DNA of 64,000 bases from a virus: positions 32,001-96,000 of IMG/VR virus record IMGVR_UViG_3300028571_000830, one strand, 5' to 3'. The translations under genes and the position numbers were made by a program. Shown piece after piece: positions 12,001 to 18,401 of this stretch. Each line of letters starts with the position of its first letter. Position 1 is the first letter of the stretch. The notes beneath the pieces are model-generated. The model was not told where the DNA came from. It was given only the letters and a program-made list of their open reading frames with translations, and did not search any database.

Positions 12001-12317
12001 TGTCCTTGAGCATAGGCATCCTCATTATTATAATCTCCAGGAACAAAGTTATCATACCTAGGAGAACTAAGTTCTGAAAGACTTCTTTGAATAGATCCTC
12101 CAGTCATTTTTCCATCACTAGGTTTTTTAGAAAATAAAGAATTTTCTATAGCAGTTAATGAAGACACTGGTGCCTCTCTATTACCACTAGTTTTAGGCAT
12201 AGGATTATCTAAACCTCTAAATGCAACATTTGGAAGATCAGGAGAAGCTTGGGGAATATTAACATTATTAAATTGATTCTCTAATGCTGCTCTATCTACT
12301 AAAGGTTCGTCTACCAT
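1..12317 (-). CDS. Giant virion-packaged RNA polymerase polyprotein (>4100 aa, runs off the window's left edge)
   Basis: ATG at 12317 (MVDEPLVDRAALE...). The same frame reads RIPTQKQNSI (~2441-2470) and GSDFDIDKL (DFDID at 2337-2351), the catalytic motif of crAss-like vRNAPs such as phi14:2 gp66. A zincin-like GTAYHEVFEAIW...EELAEEFRAY lies at ~6285-6480. Its absence from the ORF track is consistent with no in-frame stop in the window. Confidence 0.93.
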   Translation of the reverse strand, partial: MVDEPLVDRAALENQFNNVNIPQASPDLPNVAFRGLDNPMPKTSGNREAPVSSLTAIENSLFSKKPSDGKMTGGSIQRSLSELSSPRYDNFVPGDYNNEDAYAQGQGWTEKMVNSVGKGLLLTGTTFLQSTVGLVNGVARGFADGRAASFYDNDLNRWVDDINKKAEDIAPNYYTDVEKNARWYSPTKLFSANFLWDGIIKNLGFAAGAALSGGAFAAGLKAIPLTARLFSVGKAAEALAATEQGLLGVSKVADTYGKIRSLSDKFISSYNVLNPGGRALVAGLATTGEAGFEAFQNLNEFREQKIREFKENNFGQEPQGADLAEINEAADSVGNASFLANVGLLSATNYIQFPKILGSTYTAEKGAINSLSKEIKDIATIGVGEYAEQVSKKGFGKVLSGLDTVRKYSFSGTEAFEEGSQFAIGKGVNDYYDKKYKGDATDFLESLSQGITQTLGTDEGMENVLIGGLSGSIMTARGRFRESGQKALNTADAIQKFNKFKLSDFTKETIDSVNRGTILQEEREGLLKEGDVAGSKDKETDYIINYLSPRIKYGRYDLVMSDIADYKALASTEEGFAQLQSEGKVLEEDTREKYLKRISSLEQTAGNVKSLYQSLNLRYGNLVDKDGKQLYSSEVMDKMVYAASKVADYDVRIPQLSMSLNNSGIINTDTIIDDLLNDNDSEYNKAIATLTDSKNIDSDSSLQDLKDLARASILRKEFINQYNDIKNSPKKFKEIEPVKVEPQINPETGEVEKNTVSLKTADGVEDVEIGTEYFLGKTIKYDAEGNPVYRFPVISIIGENEDGTIQIKTPEGNLKNISKEELADYKLGKVSDTINNKKANFFLKNINTVFEFNFGKGNKVKGRLEYDPKGRILLFVYTNKKGQLKTIEVTGDQFVPQKGYKQAMITSVETLTPAQQTVLEEFISEVDDRLGAKREFRLQILNDLFEELSSNQEKTDSLIKKKQEEITKIKKDLALLEEEIANAEIDKRSKNTVRFKSATKTALSSAMKLSRMQTQLEREMETLNSDKDEIEFNLAYVADLAQNIDVLPTESSEFLEEINNQVLDLELLQEKTGAQISVVVKLIKETEKAIDSAVDFLTNLISKFEAKYPNVPRIMGQEFVDFLKINPNFLKVKPLYREELSELDDLITNVEDGDISINEQRIKDLNEHLDIIQKDAVELQKEIVAKQLILDRFESVAKAYKQKLAEEALIKNNEAIVKQILGTLNQGTQNTQYDKAYEPDAKKPEQLVDRATIVPSKRSFKETQEEEAPYHARANQFGIKLNTLPNRNKIKGVVVNSTNQDEIIPGLTEFLKQGKEDVDSSTTVSLVMAIENKNGTYTPVDENGKPLTKEKGESQEEFVERLYNQGIFQVFPLSIQNLFSESVNKETVIKRAYNYTKWREEALASSSLKGYDVQASFGIPEFVQKWDDDKKKFVTDYDAKVSTQDAGLITDSDLRQSPVVYVPTQEEKISLGSTSFSKALGRPFLRLKNAYQPLNNRQHTDKEANAIYDALQRLATVIVEENTKGKFVLSDSPEAMRLIDWLRTVTHWGTPREGKNPSYNSLWFDKTAEGFKLFMSGKEVAVSEFTPTDLAANKGTITMLLQKMYANTNSKLTDSTYYNQRYEQIISVTSEGQYESVVWPNYQTYLLSNKAPDATGKLSLNRASEDIPLTTYMAPVKEGQPNRAGIYFFIDTKDFDKQATDVAPEGKAITIQTPGTPAKPVEKAPVAETPKGKFVLDGETPNTITLTKLDGNIKFVYDPATPDTLKDFEVDIKVKDNYKKTLTQEAVDKYISDRAGEETISEETAKEALTNAALIKYTFNEIAKDVAALEQAKQEAAAQAPVIEAAPEVKAEITTEEITPAVDQQLDDAWDSTEGNADDPELREMVSKTMDQYEGEDWNKVEAFLKKVLPANIPVYRVKNVLRSTNGKQAWGMFSQGAIYVYRNAEVGTAYHEVFEAIWKMFTDPKEQALILSEFKNRPGSFVDRVLGKTIKYSEATPQQAKEELAEEFRAYINNGILPTTKVEGQSLISRLFKELVAFIKNFFTGDSASNNTKQLFERIGSGYYKTFIPEESTLSFAKDGIIDIENAEIVLGSELSEIPGLTNSQIHEIMQHMTFLTLGYLQRDDQSLFAVTPINKTELYGKIQANLREKIKGLSNIAQAEAEAEKDASKKASKKASADKETAKYKSLFNSIILNWEELLKTHEIYLKKYDVEFDDNDSINLNDPDKTGKGEYDGADKIDHFRKLNSATKLLLSTLPVLNQDGKPKPTSIGGVQLIPLSEAWVSVMSNVHDALSTDDMLEKLRTMAKEDPNYETLFKRLTKVSSSDEIDWSLLKRHDVQLIAAFSTAFNKQNPDVKMLNILANEDVQVGDSNLSTATRQIESRFINGLRALFNNPKNPYFEYNTKQKAYIAKEKAFNGVKINTLEEKVKFLASLGIEFDASDLRDLEITNPSLFEKFNIATTGIKTSMTERKKIATIGSRALDINSRLLTLASIKAKIENPDFASTFYAINGEKSQTFIGTNPSSDLYKALSAYPTYESLKDSPQYSYLYTDSFAQNSVLLNSIFNIDPETKTGSKRTGGDVDQLLKPAAADGTNDQGKGKKKASSSLNFKERMVQEINMNLDGYYYNLVAGDASREYMTYMGNPITKEDMRMGYTQIHNIFRGYLIDEINLVREKRPVAKKRKNSELRFMQAILGEELSKTVLSDKTISPEEIYNKYKSKIDSAVEKFIKTESEKVYDVLEKYSIISKSDDGETHNVESLAFAQNRIISNANLDLALSTLTANYIINNIEFHKVLYSDPYQYSEELKRIKNFLSPRQAIINNSREMNSVMNRVWNEGYEPGDIGYTDFTQDYFTSTTLEDVQGVIDLPDYEPWDEGDGGGMISMKAYRNLRIRASNWNDMEELQYRYDVAWEKRDRKIPLSQEEMDLLAKRNPGVTSTYTAQKPIVAGNKGNGRPYNDVILDKFALYPLSYRVQKEIAKNGGRVSSNLLKLYDKMQLENIDYVVFNTARKVGAESPNPFYDADGKFNTTPYKGKIKVPFAIMSIQSDVPSKEEPFVTRGSQVTKLVTMDFMNAGVPIDYEKGYDEWSKLSNEERRTTSPLFREIQDNQMLLEEMTEMGYQTLLNKLGIEEKDDTYVIVDKSKAGKALNDEILRREVNSNIVQALKDFLSDKSALEATPAYSQIKSILYSLVDKYIVSPKISGGLKVQIPSTGLEEIRAEKTSINGKEGYTSDVLKFYEKDGKRVAEIMVGRWFNTNMSDEKLLEYLNNTPEGQKILSGIAFRIPTQKQNSIDSFVIKQFLPKEFGDSVVVPSALVRKVGSDFDIDKLSIYFKNVYTTAKGDLKIVPYFGIGDQAKQKIKDLIIKEDIEYVLLGERNKDLDKIEDDYDVLADRMYRKSLENAYIQSLQNLVSSEANYEQLIKPNSAKQLKDLADNITKKLGEKTFESDAVGNMLDRTFMDTLRHAFVRGKYAIGIAAVAQTNHSLNQRQPIYIDESRFANLDKQDKFWLTGGSMNPVDMTIKLPEYNKIKINGKEVPTLSMIKNAERSKKYPKGQHISDIIGQFIDGYVDISKGPWIMQLGAKPNVASTFLFLVKLGVPIDTVAFFMNQPIILDYLQEIENAGYSYLFIDSFVEAAQEKYKTSTPLPNQLPSTIKLGELVGAKEFTPEDKAVQQVALTEFLKYAKMSEQLLYVTQGTNYDTASLGDPFLVFKKSEQLERAKKSIISSADFLLENSFIRKTVDRVEKMRSALGDTIFLSDRGKVRQVLEDVLSPYTLTTNDRDFLKISRKAINDFFDWAVQLTDERNQFLKLILLSDDNAPTQITNLKNDIAQDPTHPLYDNHIVGKKGILVLKSSDRPGRANNLSIDNKDNKIYDQDQIIYSFREMRNYFISIGDLKTYKKIVAVSILQSGLSVTPYSFTSLLPYEDFQDVYGDVINSLEERTDIDLMDYYKLNVLQRNNWSDNTIVPHEKARGGISASGRWYYNMPMVSFKDTIKTAIANGQIPQLIKLSTRSRATQSDAIVYTWEANLSKKEKQEMRKIRDYSFIKRGLFVKVYNDDLKTDPVVLREKQYENFVYKMVNAWGDGFRANEFYDTERPSVFDND

Positions 12318-12328
12318 TATATATTATT

Positions 12329-14944
12329 TTAAAAAGGTTTTTTAGATGCATTCTTCACTCTGTTTAAATCTGCAGAGGTGGGAGCTTTATCATTGATTAA
12401 TTCATACATAGCAGCATCATTTAAGTTAATTAATGCTTCTGCTATTCTGTCTTCACTTAAAAGACCTGTACGTGGGTATGCAAGATTATCTTGCCATTGT
12501 TTTGTTTCAGGATCAAAGCCACTAACTCTAATAGAATATCCTCCATTATATTGTACTATGTTTGCTTTAACTCCATATATACTTACACTTGGAAAATCTA
12601 TAGAATTTAAAAAAGCGTTTGTATGAGAAGATTGTCCTGGAGAATATGCAGTACTATTACCTCCCATTTTTCTCATTTGTTCAAGATAGGGTTTTACCAT
12701 TTGTATTGCAGGAGAAGAATCAAACCTATTACCAAACATGGCTTTTTTTTGTTCAGGAGTCATTCTAACTTTTGTAGAACCATCCTTTCCTGTATAACTC
12801 AATTCATACATTGAAGGCTCTATTTCAGATCCCTCTACCACTTTTATAGATCCTGTTAAATTAGGATCTAAAGCTATATCTCTTGCAATACCTGGATCAA
12901 ATCCAGGAGAATTAGCAATACCTCCTTTTTGAGATTCTGCTAAGTCAGCAAATCTAGTTAAGGATGTAGCAAAACTACTTCTCTGAGCTCCAGTTCCTGT
13001 AGGAATTTCGTAATCCATAGCTTGAGAAGCTGTAAGTCTTTTTGTTACTTCTTGAGCTGTAAAATTATTTATAGCTGTTAGTTTTTCACGATAAGGTTGA
13101 TTTACAGTTTTAAAGTAATTATCTGCATTGTTTACTATTATTTTTTCATATTCAGATAAAGGTTTACTTTGTTGTTTCTTTTTATATATATTATATAAAT
13201 ATAACTCTTTATCTGATAACTCTGATTTAGCTTTATCATCATCAAAAAACAAAGACCCACTTCCTCCTGGTCCTGCTGGACCTAAATACTTACTGTATTT
13301 ATTAAAAGTTTGATTGAAGTCAACAAAATCTTTAGGAGAAAAAGAATAAGATACATTAGACATTTTTACATTAATGTTAGGAGCATTTCTAGGAATTAAA
13401 TCTGTAATGCTACCATAAGGTCTTCCTGTTTTTGGATCTATTTGTTGAGAAGCTAGTTTATTGATATCTCCAACCATAATCTTATTAGCATCTAATCTTC
13501 TTCTTTGGTTTTCTGTATTATTAAAATGTGCAGCAATACCTGGATCAACACCATTAGGATTTTTATCCCAAGCTACTTTCTGTAAGTCTAACCAGTTTTG
13601 ATCTTTACCTTCTTGTTGTAAAAAAGATCTATCTGAATTAACTATAGCTTTTTCTCCTTGCTCAATCTCTACTACCACTCTACCTAAGTTGTATTGAGGA
13701 ACATCTGAAACATCTCTACCCCCTGGCAATCCTCCATATCCAGCATCTCCTTCTGCTTTTAATCTATTAGCCTCCACCTTAGTGCCAATGTCTAACATTT
13801 GCAGTTCACGATCTTGCCTCATCTTTCTCTCATCTTGCTCAAGATTCATAACAGCTATTTTCCAAGTCTGTTCTTTAACCTCTCTTTGCATTTGCATATC
13901 TGCTAGTTCACTCTTTTCATAAGTCTTAGAAGTCTCAGTAAAAGAAAAAGCTTTTGAAAAACCATTTATGAAATTAATTGTTTCAAGTTTTGCTTTTGCA
14001 GATTCTACATCTCCCTTAGCAAATGTACTTGTTACATTTTCATATTCACTTTTCATGCTAGCCAACATTTTATCTATAGAATCTACTTGAGCTTTTAAGG
14101 TATTTTTTTCAACGTTTGAGCTAGTCTGAGAAATGGCTGCTAAGATTTCTTCTTTTTGAGCCATGAAAGATGTTTCTTTAGATTTATAAGAATTCTCAAT
14201 ACTTTGAATAAACTTATCATCAGGAATATTGGCATAGTTATACCTACCATCTATTTCCATTTGTTTAAAGTCTGCAGGGCTAAGTCCAACCATTAATGCT
14301 TGTTGAATTCTTTCTGGAGATATACCAGCCATTTTTTGACGAACAACAGCATCTGCAATTACAAGATTTCCTTTTTCATCCATTTTAAATGCATTCTCTG
14401 TAATTGTAGAATCTCCTGTTAATTGTTTAATTACTTCTAAAGCATTCTTTTTATTATTTGTATATGGAGTGTAAGAACCAGAAAAAGAAGCGTTAACATC
14501 TTCATTATTTAACCACTTACTTGCATCTTGTTTAAATATTGCATCATTAGAGGGAGAAGATTTACCTTCCTTCTGAGCATTCTGCATATCTGCCATACCT
14601 CTTCTATAAACATTTGTAGAAGACACAGCACTTTGAATAGTAGTATCTTTACCAATTTGTTTTGCCATCCCCCCTACAGAATTAACTAATTGATAATTAG
14701 AGAAATCTCCAGCAGCAACTGTTTTAAGTTTAGATCCTAGTTGATTGAGTTTAGATTGAAGATATGCTTTGTCTACATCTCTAACAACATCAAGTCCTGC
14801 AACATTATCAATGCTAGTTTGAATCTTTTCGACACCCTCATCATAGCGTTTTTGTTTTTCCATACCAACTTGAACCATTGCCTCTATAGGCAATTGTTGG
14901 ATGTATGGATTAAACTTTGGGGCAATATCTGTATATGAAGCCAT
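12329..14944 (-). CDS. Internal virion/ejection (cargo) protein preceding vRNAP
   Basis: 871 aa; helical N-terminus (FNPYIQQLPIEAMVQVGMEKQKRYD); conserved position between cargo protein and vRNAP in crAss-like phages. Confidence 0.65.
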   Translation of the reverse strand: MASYTDIAPKFNPYIQQLPIEAMVQVGMEKQKRYDEGVEKIQTSIDNVAGLDVVRDVDKAYLQSKLNQLGSKLKTVAAGDFSNYQLVNSVGGMAKQIGKDTTIQSAVSSTNVYRRGMADMQNAQKEGKSSPSNDAIFKQDASKWLNNEDVNASFSGSYTPYTNNKKNALEVIKQLTGDSTITENAFKMDEKGNLVIADAVVRQKMAGISPERIQQALMVGLSPADFKQMEIDGRYNYANIPDDKFIQSIENSYKSKETSFMAQKEEILAAISQTSSNVEKNTLKAQVDSIDKMLASMKSEYENVTSTFAKGDVESAKAKLETINFINGFSKAFSFTETSKTYEKSELADMQMQREVKEQTWKIAVMNLEQDERKMRQDRELQMLDIGTKVEANRLKAEGDAGYGGLPGGRDVSDVPQYNLGRVVVEIEQGEKAIVNSDRSFLQQEGKDQNWLDLQKVAWDKNPNGVDPGIAAHFNNTENQRRRLDANKIMVGDINKLASQQIDPKTGRPYGSITDLIPRNAPNINVKMSNVSYSFSPKDFVDFNQTFNKYSKYLGPAGPGGSGSLFFDDDKAKSELSDKELYLYNIYKKKQQSKPLSEYEKIIVNNADNYFKTVNQPYREKLTAINNFTAQEVTKRLTASQAMDYEIPTGTGAQRSSFATSLTRFADLAESQKGGIANSPGFDPGIARDIALDPNLTGSIKVVEGSEIEPSMYELSYTGKDGSTKVRMTPEQKKAMFGNRFDSSPAIQMVKPYLEQMRKMGGNSTAYSPGQSSHTNAFLNSIDFPSVSIYGVKANIVQYNGGYSIRVSGFDPETKQWQDNLAYPRTGLLSEDRIAEALINLNDAAMYELINDKAPTSADLNRVKNASKKPF

Positions 14945-14960
14945 AGTCTTTAGGGATGAG

Positions 14961-14992
14961 CAAATTTAACTTAAAGTATTATATCTTACAAG
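14961..14992 (-). promoter_or_regulatory. Bacteroidota sigma-A-type promoter (TTG-N20-TAAATTTG)
   Basis: Minus strand cTTG-taagatataatactttaagt-TAAATTTG matches the -33/-7 (TTG / TAnnTTTG) consensus, 16 nt upstream of the 14944 start. Confidence 0.6.
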
Positions 14993-15032
14993 TATAATAA
15001 CTGTTTTAGGTAATTTGCTATAATTGAATTAA

Positions 15033-18000
15033 TTATAAATTTTTAATTGCTTTGACAATTGAACCATTTCTACTCTTAACATTTTTAGCAGATTTTGCTT
15101 TTTTCTCTTGTGCTTCTTTAATAGTAGCCATTGCTTCTAGTTCTTTTGGTGTCATTGACTGTATATCTAAATCAAATTGAGCCAAAGGATTCATGTTAAT
15201 TGCTCTTCCAGATTTATCGTATCTGTAATTGTATAGATTTTCCATAACACCTAATTGTCTGTTCTCAAGTTTGTTTTGAGCATACTTAGAAGCAATAGAA
15301 TTTAAAGCTTCTTGTGTTGTAGCTTTTGTAGCACTCTTTGCTGCTTCTTGTCTTTGTTGTTGAGTATCGTATATTTGCAAGTTTTGCAACTTAGCTTGGT
15401 TTAATGCATCTATATTACCAGCATATGTTTGTGCTCTTTGTCCTTGGTTGATTCTCATTTGTTCTCCTAAGATTTGATTCTTAGCCATAGTAGCTTGTCC
15501 ATATATAGCAGCTAATGCTTCTGGATTATTTCCAGCAAGTCTTTCAGCTTGTCTAGTTTGAGCAGTGATTTCATTTAACTGATCTTGAAGAGATATATCA
15601 TATGGGGTTTGTAGTTGTGGTTGGAATGTTTGTGCTTGCACTGGTTCTAACTGATTATTAGATAGTGCATACATCTCACCCATCAACTGTCTAGGATCCA
15701 ATTGTTCAGCATCAGTGGGTCTTAAGAATGGAAGCACTTGATTAAAGGCACCTATTCCTTGTTCCAACCAAGAAGACTTTGGTGCTTCTCTTTCTTTTAA
15801 ATCTTTCATATTAGCTAGGAGAGTTTTTAACTGCTCATCTTGAGTACGTTTAGTTAACTTAGCATAATTATCATTAGAAGGAAGTGATCCAGGCTTAAGA
15901 GGTGTACCATAATCTAAAGGATTTGCTTGATACAAAAAGTCTTTAACATTATATGCAGCTCCTAACATATCATCAATCTTAACATCCTCAGTTCCATAAA
16001 GTTCTTTATTTTTAGATTTTATTAGGGCAGCTCTTTTAGGATCTTTTAGTAAGAACTCTTGAAATTCTTTGTTTCCTTTTCCAGTAAAACCTAAAGACTT
16101 TGCAATATTATCCAATTGCTCTGCATTATATGCAGATTTGGTTTTTTGTCCAAGAGCATCTTTATTACCCTCCCAAGGTTTTAAACCATACTTGCTAGTA
16201 TATCCCTTTTGAGCCATAGGAATAGAAGCACCAAGTTTAGCTTTCTTTATCTTACCTTGTGCAAGATCATCAGCAACTAAATTGTATTCTTCTGCTGTAT
16301 CATTAATAGCACTTTGTAAATCAGCTGCATCTTGTTTCTTTCCAGCAATATCTTTAAGTTTCATATTACCACCCATTAAGTTTGCTTGAAGAGCAGACAT
16401 CTTTAATTTATCAAATGAACTATTAACATCAAGATTGTCTAACATATCTGTAGAATTATCTATAAGCTTATTTTGTTTAGCTTCAATTTTAGATAAATCA
16501 TTTACATAGTTTTTAAACTTCTGATTCTTTAGTTTAGGATTTCCTAATATGTTAGCACCTTCTTTATTAATCTTAAGATTACCAAATACAACCATATTAT
16601 CTTCTCCAGATCCACCATCTCTTAGTTTAACAGCAGGTTCACCACCTTCCACTTCTACAGGACTTTGTCCATAAGATATAGGCATACCACCATTCTCATG
16701 AGAAGGTCCTCTAAACATTACAGTTTCTCCTCCATCTGGAAGATATGGATTATTTGATATTGGTTCTGCTTCTCCTCTATACACTTGTAACTCTCCACCC
16801 ATAGCATAGGTTTGCATAGCTCTTTCACTAGGAGGTGTATAACTTTTTAGATGTCCACCAGCTCTTAACATATCTGCATCAGCAGGAGGGTGCAATAAAT
16901 CTTTTACATCATACTCTCCAAATTTAGCAATCACTTGTGGCTGCCAATCATTGCTCACCCATCCACCATCTTCCATTACATTACCAAACTGTTGAGGAAT
17001 ATAGTTACCCATCATTCCTGCTATATTACGATTAGATATGTCATCATATTTTTCTATGTTCCTACCACTTTGATCTATAAGACTTCCAATAGCTTGTCCT
17101 GCAAATTTACCTACAGCAGCTCCAACAGGACCTCCAAAGTATGTACCTGCTGCTGCACCCACTCCACCACCTATTTTAGAACCAGCACTAGGACCTCTTC
17201 CTTTATTAATAAGCATGTTACTAATATTTCCAAGAGCTTCACTTCCACCTTGATTGTTCATAGCATTACCAAATCCTCCTTGATTGATGGCTGTAGAGAA
17301 TCCTGAAGCAGCCATAGGTATTCTACCACCATGATAGAAAGCTTTAATCTGATCACTATCATTTAAAGGCTCATATCCTAGATCATCATACAGAGTGTTA
17401 GGAGCATATGTATTTTGTATCTCTGCACCATATTGTGCAATTATATTTCCTCCATCTTCTCTAGTAGGAACTGCTTTATATCCTTTACTAAAATCTTGTG
17501 CAAAGTTAGTAGCACCTTTTACCACTTTACTTGTTCCTTTCTTTATGGCTGTATTTGTTTTTCCTGCTAGTGGACCAATCATTTTATTAAGAAGAAGATT
17601 GGTTACAGCATCAGATGCTTGTACTGCTGTATTCATTCCCCTGTCTGGATTACCAGCTCTAGTAGCCATTAATTGTTCATCAGTGGTATATGGAATAAAT
17701 CCCATAGAATTTTCATTAAGCCAATCTGCGGCTCTAGGACTAACTCCTTTTACAGCATCTCCTATAGCACTTCCTCCAAACGTTGATACTGCATTTAAAA
17801 GTCTTGTGTTAAGATCTGTAGCCCAATTAGGAACAACTTTTCCATTTTGTGCAGAAAGAATATTAGTTCCTACACCATAAGAAGGAGACAGTTGATCAGG
17901 TTGAATGATTGTATCTTCTGGTCTAGTATAATAATTTTTTAATGGTTGTCTTCTTTGACTAGCAGCTGCATCAGCTTGCACTCCTGTTAACAAAGAATTT

Positions 18001-18395
18001 TGTTTAGCTTCTTTAACAGCTTTGTTCTGATCTTTAATCATAGACACTCCTTCTACAACATCCATTCCTGCTTGAATATAACCAGCAGCTCCTCCTCCTC
18101 CTTTAATACCAGGAACTTTATAAGCATCTAATGTAGCTGGGGTTTTAGGCATTCCTCCCATAGTATTTGTAGCACCAATAGTTTTAGCTAAAGGTATAAC
18201 TTCTCCTCTTTGTGCAATAGGTGGATTACCAAAATCACTTAACTGATGAAGTTGTTTTTTCACCATAGAAGCACCCATAGCAGCTTTCTTAAAAGCTTTA
18301 CCATGCATCTTCATAAATGCTTCTTCTGTTGGGAATTTTTTGTAAAAGCTCTTCTCATCTTTTACACCTGCTAGTTTTAAAATTTCACTCTTCAT
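15033..18395 (-). CDS. Capsid cargo protein (crAss001 gp45-like)
   Basis: 1120 aa; Gly/Ala-rich hydrophobic segments (GGGVGAAAGTYFGGPVGAAVG), GPSHENGG...VEVEGGE block, coiled-coil C-terminus; gene order. Confidence 0.65.
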   Translation of the reverse strand: MKSEILKLAGVKDEKSFYKKFPTEEAFMKMHGKAFKKAAMGASMVKKQLHQLSDFGNPPIAQRGEVIPLAKTIGATNTMGGMPKTPATLDAYKVPGIKGGGGAAGYIQAGMDVVEGVSMIKDQNKAVKEAKQNSLLTGVQADAAASQRRQPLKNYYTRPEDTIIQPDQLSPSYGVGTNILSAQNGKVVPNWATDLNTRLLNAVSTFGGSAIGDAVKGVSPRAADWLNENSMGFIPYTTDEQLMATRAGNPDRGMNTAVQASDAVTNLLLNKMIGPLAGKTNTAIKKGTSKVVKGATNFAQDFSKGYKAVPTREDGGNIIAQYGAEIQNTYAPNTLYDDLGYEPLNDSDQIKAFYHGGRIPMAASGFSTAINQGGFGNAMNNQGGSEALGNISNMLINKGRGPSAGSKIGGGVGAAAGTYFGGPVGAAVGKFAGQAIGSLIDQSGRNIEKYDDISNRNIAGMMGNYIPQQFGNVMEDGGWVSNDWQPQVIAKFGEYDVKDLLHPPADADMLRAGGHLKSYTPPSERAMQTYAMGGELQVYRGEAEPISNNPYLPDGGETVMFRGPSHENGGMPISYGQSPVEVEGGEPAVKLRDGGSGEDNMVVFGNLKINKEGANILGNPKLKNQKFKNYVNDLSKIEAKQNKLIDNSTDMLDNLDVNSSFDKLKMSALQANLMGGNMKLKDIAGKKQDAADLQSAINDTAEEYNLVADDLAQGKIKKAKLGASIPMAQKGYTSKYGLKPWEGNKDALGQKTKSAYNAEQLDNIAKSLGFTGKGNKEFQEFLLKDPKRAALIKSKNKELYGTEDVKIDDMLGAAYNVKDFLYQANPLDYGTPLKPGSLPSNDNYAKLTKRTQDEQLKTLLANMKDLKEREAPKSSWLEQGIGAFNQVLPFLRPTDAEQLDPRQLMGEMYALSNNQLEPVQAQTFQPQLQTPYDISLQDQLNEITAQTRQAERLAGNNPEALAAIYGQATMAKNQILGEQMRINQGQRAQTYAGNIDALNQAKLQNLQIYDTQQQRQEAAKSATKATTQEALNSIASKYAQNKLENRQLGVMENLYNYRYDKSGRAINMNPLAQFDLDIQSMTPKELEAMATIKEAQEKKAKSAKNVKSRNGSIVKAIKNL

Positions 18396-18401
18396 AATGT
18401 T

